Positions 57,224-64,000 of a DNA stretch of 64,000 bases are shown in pieces. The first letter of the stretch is position 1; each line of letters begins with the position of its first letter. The stretch comes from Blastocladiella emersonii ATCC 22665 (Eukaryota; Fungi; Blastocladiomycota): contig JANHCV010000008.1 of assembly GCA_025594325.1 (NCBI GenBank), positions 1,674,001 through 1,738,000 of the forward strand. The letters run 5' to 3'. The translations under genes were made by a program, and so were the position numbers. The notes under the pieces were generated by a model that searched no databases, had not been told where the DNA came from, and saw nothing but the letters and a program-made list of their open reading frames with translations.

Positions 57224-60200
57224 TTAGGCGTTGCCGCGCGACTTGAACGGCGAGCACAGGCCGCGCGAGACGAGGTAGCCGCACGAGCCCACGAAGCGGA
57301 CCGCCGAGAAGGCGGCCACCGCGATGAAGAGACCCGACAGGTACGACTTGCGCAGAGTCGCGCCGTCCTCGGTCACGCCAATCGACGACGGCGCGATCAG
57401 GATGGCGATCAGGCCGCCGTTGAAGATGATCCAGATGAGCAGCCAGATGGTGCGGAACTGCTTGAAGTAGTCCTCGGACGACAGCGACGACGACTTCTTC
57501 TCCTCGCCCGCGGCCAGCGTGCGCTTGAGCGCCGACAGCGCCGCGGCACGCTGCTGGTACGCGTGCGACACGTCCGCCGGGTTCTGCGACGGCAGCTCGA
57601 GATCGGCCACCTCCTGACCGTCCTCGCCCTTCTTGACCTGCACGCCCGCGGACACGGCAACGGAGTCGCCTTTCGTCCCCCAAGTGACGTCTGGCGCGAT
57701 TCGTGATGTTAGTTAATGTTAGTTGATGTCGGGGAAGTCGTGGGAGGGCTTGGGAGAAGTTTGGCAAGGTCCCGGAGGTCGACCAAGTCGACCCGAGCCG
57801 GCCACCCGGCAATGACAACGGGGGAACATTGTGGACGCATGCGGAAGGGTTATGGAGGTGGTAGGAAGAGTTGGGGTGCGATGGGGTAGGTATGGGAGGT
57901 GAGGGAAGTCGACCAAGTCGGCCGAAGTGGCGTCGATCAGAGTCATGACCGGACGCCACACACGAATCCACGGCGCAATGAGTCGCCGATGCGCCGCGAG
58001 GCGAATGTGGATGCGATCGACGAGTTGGACTGGCGGCGGGGGAGTGCAAGGGTGGGGGCGGGCTAGGACGGTGGTGGTGGCCGGGTGGTCCGGTGGTCCG
58101 GTGGTCCGGTGGTCCGGTGGTCGGACGCGCGGGAGGTCACACGAAGCGAAGAAGAACGTACCAGAGATGTTCGAGTAGGCGTAGATCTGCAGCAGGTTGA
58201 CGTAGGTCGGGAGCAGGAACAGGTACTGCACGAAGCAAGTGATCATGTGCCACGGCTCGCGGTACAGGATCGACGACAAAAAGTACATGCCGTACGTCGA
58301 GCCGAGCGCAATGGTGGTCTTGAGGAAGCGGACACCGTTCTCGGACGAGAAGTCGAGGCGCGTCGCCTGCTTGGCGCCGTCCTGGATCGACGGCCAGTCC
58401 TGGACCATGGAAACCACGATCATGTAAAACATGAGGGCCGTGACGATCGAGAAGAGCCAGATCGCGAACAGGTAGATGTACTTGGCGGCCTGCGGGCGGT
58501 TACCGAGCGCGGCAATGAAGGTCGTAGCGATCGAGAGGATGTAGACGGAGCGGAACACGGACAGGATGGCACCGATCAGCGAGCGGAACGTGCGCGTCTT
58601 CGGGATGCCCCACGGCACGAGCGCCGGCTGCTCGATCCACAGGTCGCCCTTGGACTGGATGAGCCCGTTGAAGTCCTCGACCAGGAAGTGAAACGCGAGA
58701 TAAAAGTTGCTGAGGGCGAAAAAGCTGAAGACGAAGTTGAGCGCCATGTAGAAGTACTCGACGGTGAAGACGATCATGCGCAGGAACGAGTGGCCCGAAG
58801 AGTAGATCTGGGTCATGTTGCCGAGCGCGTAGAGCATGGCGAAGGTCGAGCCGTTGAGCCAGCGGCGGCGCTGCGAGATGAACTCGGGGAACTCGTCGGG
58901 CACGTCGGTGATGGCCTGCGAGTCCTTCTCGTACTCGAGAATCCACGCCTCGTTTTTCTTGACCGTAATCTCGAAACAAAGGATGCTGCCCGCGGAAATG
59001 GTGTCCGAGCAGGCGGAAGCAAGGACGTGTCGTCGGGAGGTTGATGGCGTGAGCGACCGCCGCAGCGAGATGGCGATCAGCGACGGAGGCGAAAGTGAGT
59101 TTGACGTGGAGGGTGAGCGTCGGGTTGGTCAAGTGTGAGGTCAGTAAGGGCCGTGGGACCCGCAAGGAAATGGCCACGTAGTGAGCAGGTTCGAGACGGA
59201 GATGAGCACAGGTGGGTGAGACAAATGGAGCGAGACATCGTCAGCAGGTGTCGTCATCGGGTCAAGGACGGAGAAGCGTACCGGTCCTCGGCGAGGTACA
59301 TGTTGGCGGCGAAGACGTCGCCCGAGTCGTGGAGCTTCTCGCCCTTGAAGTACTGCGAAAGCGGGCGGCCGAGCAGCGCCTTGTACCGGTAGGCCGAGAA
59401 GGCGCCGGGGAGTACGGAAATGTAGCCTGCCCAGGATTCTAGAGGCTTGTCTAGAATATTGGACATTTTGTACTCGAAATTCTGCGCGGCGATGATGGGC
59501 TTCATGAGGTGGAAGATCGAGTCGTACTCGACGGCGATCTCGCCGCAGGCGCCGCCGACCTGGGGGTTGGTGTCGAAGCAGCGCCACAGGCGGTAGATGG
59601 CCTCGCGGGCGGGCTTGGTGCCGACGTCGACGAGCACGATGACGTTGGGGTTGAGGACGGGGCCGAAGGCGTTCATGGCCCAGCGGTGCGAGTTGATCTT
59701 CTTCTGGTTCTTCTCCTTGAGGCAGAAGAGGATCTGGACGGGGACGACGCCGCCGTCGCGGTGCGAGCGCACGTCCATCTTGTCGGTGATGGCGAGCTGG
59801 GTGGTGAACTCGAAGAGGTGGGCGCCCGTGTCGCGGTTCATGAACTTGGGGACGCAGACGCCCTCCTGGTAGACGCCCATGGCCGAGAGCACGGTGAGCG
59901 TGTCCTTGTTGATCTTGGACCGGCCGTCCGACACGATGCACACGACAATCTTCTGCCAGCCGTCCTCGCCGGCAAAGGGGCCGCTCTTCTTGCTGCACAT
60001 GTGCTGGATGTTCTTGTTGATGGCCTGCATGGTGCGGGTGAAGAGGATCGAGTCCTCGTTGTACATGGTGACGACGAGGAACAGCTCCGTCTTGCGGCCG
60101 TAGAGCGACTGGCGCAGCTGGTAGCCCTGCTTGGCAAAGTCGTTGGGGTCGCAGGTGGCGGCCGTGTAGCGCAGCTTGGTGAACTCCTCGCCGCTCGTGT

Positions 60201-60618
60201 ACTTGACCTTGGTCGGGTCAATGAGCTCGGGCGACACCTCGAGGTCGACGACGAGCTTGCCGTCGCGCACGGCGACGGCGCGCTTGATGGTCTTGATGCG
60301 CTGCGGGCGCTGCTGCTGCGGCTGGGCGCCGTAGGCGGCCGACGAGGCGGCGCCCTGGTCGTAGTACCCGCCAGCGGGCGCGCCGGGCTGCGGGTAGGCG
60401 TTCATCTCCATGGCCTGGCCGTAGTACTGCTGCTGCTGGTGGTGGTGCGACGAGGACGACGTCATGGTCGAGGTGGCGTAGCCGGCGGTGGTGGTGGTGG
60501 TCTGCTGCTGAGCATAGTAGCCGGGCTGCGCCATGTTGGCGGCGGGAGCGGGGGCCGACGAGTAGTACTGCTGCTGCTGCGGCTGCTGCTGAGCGTAGGG
60601 AGCCTGGTTGTAGGACAT
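57224..60618 (-). CDS. CHS: Division I (class I-III type) chitin synthase, 875 aa; exons 60618-59282, 58985-58162, 57690-57224
   Basis: [60 protein letters not shown] and DVTWGTKG; both introns restore conserved motifs. Confidence 0.96.
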
Positions 60619-63128
60619 GGTCGGTGGCGGAGCGGAGAGGACGAGTCGTCGGTGGGCAGGGAGGGGGTCGCGCCGCAGCGGGTGCGGCTGGGGGAGGGCG
60701 AGTGGCACGAGTGGCGCTGCTCACTCAACGGAAGGGCGCAACGAGTGACCGAGCGGCGGCGGCGGCGCACTGGAGGACGAGTGCGAGTGTCTATAATCGT
60801 CGGCGGCGGGGCGCATACAGCGGACACGGTTAGCACTCATTGCGGGCGGGCCAATGGCGGCTGCGCTCGCTCCAGCCCAGCGGGCGGCGGTGCTGCGGCG
60901 CGGCGCGGCGCGACCGACGGGCAGGACTGCGGCCGTGGTGGCGCAGGTCGCACTCGCCGTCGCGCGCGGCGGGGCGGGCACGACCGACGCGTCGGGGGCC
61001 GGGCGAGTGCAGCAAGTTGCGGGCGTGCATACCTAGCCGTCGGCGGTGCAGACGAGGCGAGGGGGAGGGACAAGCGAAGCGGGCGGGGGGGAGAGAAGTC
61101 GCCAAGAGGGGGGCGCGGCGGCGTGGCGGCGGGTGGCGGCTGCGGCACCGCCCGGGCACCCAGCCGGGCACCGCCCCACGTTCGCCTTCACGTTGCTGTC
61201 CGTCTCCCAGGTTGGCCTGCCCGCGCCGCAGCCTTTCCTCGCTCCCGCGAATTCGCCCCGCTAACTCTACTGCCAGCAAGGGAAACGCTATCGCCTTCCA
61301 AGGATGGCCGTAGAGCTCACCTCCGCACGCGTGTGTCGCGAGGGAGGGGACGCGCTCGCAAGCCCTGCCTCAAGGTTTCCTGGGAAACTCTGGCTCTTGG
61401 ACTTGGCCGCGGTCCGCAGGGACGCGATCCCGCACCTTGCTGACTCGGAAGGAAGTTCTCGAATCTTGCTCTGGTTGTGGCCAGGTCCGCGCGACGAGTA
61501 GTGTGGGGAGTGACCGATCGGAGAGGGCGAGGCGACCGCGACTTGGCGGAAGAATCCCTAGCGCATGCCCTCATCGGACTACAGGTCTCCCTGACTCTAC
61601 GTTGCAAACTGGTCAGTGCGTAGGTGTCTTGCGTACGGTCGTGGCGCGAGCGCTGCTTGAACGTGTGGTGTGGGGCGAGTACAGGATCTCGTCTACGGCC
61701 ACCATCGTGTCGTGCACGGAGATCGGTCTATGCGACCTGCTGCTCTAGTCGACAGCAGTCGCACTATGACATGGCATTCACGAGCAAGTGCGATGCAAGG
61801 TTCGCCGTCGCGGTGGCCATGTTTGAGACGCTGCACGTTGACCGTTGACCTTGACCATCAACGTAGACAACTGGGCAATCGGTGCGCCAGGTCAAATCAC
61901 TCACAGAAAGCGCACTTGAGCTGATTTGCAAGCTTTCACAAAATTTCTCGTAGCGAGCGATGAGGGTCATGGATGCGGCATCAGGTCGCGAGCTTGCGCG
62001 AGGGTGAGCTTGGTTGGGCTCGACCGTTCTGACGCTCCCTCCCTAGGACTTGGTTCTGGATGCAGTTTCCTGATAAAACTAGTCATGTATCTAGTCTGAG
62101 CAACATGACAGAAGGGAAAGTTAGTACAGGAGCGATTATCTGCTCATGGCCACCGATGGCCATCACGCCGCCGCTGCGCCGTGCTTCAAAATTTTCACAG
62201 AGTCATTCACGTCGTTCACTCAAAATCTAGTTTTCCAATCATTACTAACATGGCGGTATGATGTTCGGAGCCAAGGCTGGCTCCTGAATCGAAAACGGCG
62301 CAGCGGCGGCGCGATGGCCACCGGCGGCCATGAGCAGAAGGTCGCGGGTCGGAGCGTGTTGCGGCGTCGCGGGTCGGAGCGTGTTGCGGCGTCGCCGCAA
62401 CACGCTTCTTTTGGCACCCTCGTCTTCAGAATCCGGCACTCCACCACCGGCTGGATTTCGCGAGCAGCAGCGTCGTCGACGCGTAGCGAAAGACGCGTTC
62501 GGCTCACGTGCGCGGCTGAGCCTCAGCCACCACTCTCAGCCCCGCCTGTCCGCCACCCGATCCGCAGCTGCGGCTCCCTGCGACGTGCAAGAGCGCTGTC
62601 GGAAGTCGGCCCCAGCCGTTCATGAATGACTGCGCCACGAACCAAGCACCAACCCATCAAGCTATCAAACCATGGCCCACCGCTTCGCTCGCCCTCCGCC
62701 CGCTTGCCTCCCTGCTTGGGAAGGGACGAAGGCATCAGTGCTGCCCCGTCCGCGTCGCGCTTCTGCTCTCGCTCCTTCACTATCGCGCCCGCCCGTTTGG
62801 CCGTGACCACCCATCCACCGGTCGTCTCCGCGTTCCTTGGCGTTGCTGGTCAACTGCATCGCTCTGCGCTTATAGTCTTCGAGCTGCCGCGCCTCCCGCC
62901 GCCGTGCTGCTCGGCTGCGCCCGCGCTACCATCATTCCATCGCTGGCCGATCCCTCCTCGCTGAGCTGGCCTCACACATCTCCTCGTCCCCGCACTTAAC
63001 GCCTCCCGACGACACTTGCGCGTCAAGGCCGGCATCTCCTCGATACCGCTGCCGCCCTCTATCTATTACCTAGACGACCCCGCGCCTCCGAAGCGCCCTC
63101 CTCACACGACCATCTCATCATCATCACC

Positions 63129-64000
63129 ATGAACCTCCTCGCCTCGCTCGCGGCGATCCTCGCCCTCGCCACGCTGGCCGTGACCGCCGACCCACTGTCG
63201 CCCATCGGCCACCAGCGCCTGTCGCGCTACGACTTTGCCGACACATCCTCGGGCGGCCTGCCGCACCCGATGCCTCACCTCGTCCGTCGCGCGCTCGACC
63301 CGGTCGCCGTGGCCACGTCGTACCTGCGGACCAAGCTCGGCGTGCCAGCTGACGGGTACACGGTCCAGGACTCGTACACGGACTCGCACAACGGCGTGAC
63401 GCACGTGCACTTCATGCAGGTGGTGAACGGGACAGAGGTCGTCAACGGCGTCGCGGGCGTGTCGCTGGACCGCGCCAACAACGTGATCGCCTTCCACGAG
63501 TCGTTCGCGTCGCCGGCGGCCGTCAAGGCGCTCGCCGCGCGCAAGTCCAAGCTCGCGCCGACCGACGCCGTGCAGGCGCTCGCCACGCACCTGCGCGACG
63601 CGCGCGGGTGGCCCGGGATGCCCGACCGCGAGGCCGCGCTCGCGCAAACCACCGACGCCAAGGACACGGACGTCGTGTGGGTCCGCGGCGCGTCGTTTGC
63701 CGCAGACAAGATCTGGACCAAGCCCCGGCTGTACGTGGACGACGAGTCGGGCGCGCTCAACTGGGTCGTCGACGTGCGGGCGCGCACCGCGTCCAACTGG
63801 GTCGACGCGCAGGTCTCCAACAAGGGCGACGGCGCGGTACTCGGTCTCGTCGACTGGACGTCGGCCGCGCTGTACCGGGCGTTCCCGTCCGTCGGTTTCG
63901 CCAACGACGCGCTTGAGGGGAAGATGGCGCTGGTGCAGGACCCCGAGGACACGGCGCTCGCGTCGCCCAAGGGCTGGACCGAGTCGGGCGAGACGTCGGG
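63129..64000 (+). CDS. Secreted M36 fungalysin metallopeptidase, 5' part (runs off the window; not in the ORF track)
   Basis: Signal peptide MNLLASLAAILALATLAVTA; FTP-like propeptide YTDSHNGVTHVHFMQVVNGTEVVNG; NWVDAQV...VDW; ASPKGW. Confidence 0.88.
   Translation, partial: MNLLASLAAILALATLAVTADPLSPIGHQRLSRYDFADTSSGGLPHPMPHLVRRALDPVAVATSYLRTKLGVPADGYTVQDSYTDSHNGVTHVHFMQVVNGTEVVNGVAGVSLDRANNVIAFHESFASPAAVKALAARKSKLAPTDAVQALATHLRDARGWPGMPDREAALAQTTDAKDTDVVWVRGASFAADKIWTKPRLYVDDESGALNWVVDVRARTASNWVDAQVSNKGDGAVLGLVDWTSAALYRAFPSVGFANDALEGKMALVQDPEDTALASPKGWTESGETS

Larger units (their letters stand above)
53023..57395. repeat. Right (donor) arm of the 4373-bp inverted duplication
   Basis: Both of its ends fall inside intact genes (CFAP99, chitin synthase), so this is the original copy. 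Confidence 0.95.

Noticed and set aside
58084-58122. (GGTGGTCC) x about 5 in chitin synthase intron 2
   Set aside because: Ordinary short intronic tandem repeat.
62341-62395. 25-bp direct repeat x2 upstream of fungalysin
   Set aside because: Simple local duplication with no spacer or associated gene.

Overview
Eukaryotic genomic DNA with short spliceosomal introns. Chitin synthase, fungalysin and two ciliary genes (CFAP99-like, LRRC43-like) point to a flagellated (zoosporic) fungus, most plausibly Blastocladiomycota (inference). All family names come from motifs I recognise by eye; no database search was run. The window has two compartments. (1) About 1-40 kb is an accessory, decaying paralogue cluster. 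It holds a Tc1/IS630-type transposase, an 11-bp minisatellite, three F-box-like orphan paralogues, two LRR paralogues, an ankyrin + 6xC2H2 gene and five DUF4470-family copies (three full length, ending in an EEVD-like RIVE(L/V)D(E) tail and lacking the usual MYND finger). It also holds two SNF2/RING proteins that keep the RING but have lost Walker A/DExH, an internally deleted kinase, and a Merlin/IS1595 transposase fragment missed by the ORF track. (2) About 40.4-64 kb is conserved: KDM4-type JmjC demethylase, LRRC43, CFAP99, an Asn/Gly/Trp repeat protein, a division-I chitin synthase and the 5' part of an M36 fungalysin. This part carries a nearly perfect 4373-bp inverted duplication (46364-50736 / 53023-57395). 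The best candidate for an undescribed system is the DUF4470 + pseudo-SNF2-RING cluster, whose promoters share a positioned CACGTG box with both ciliary genes.
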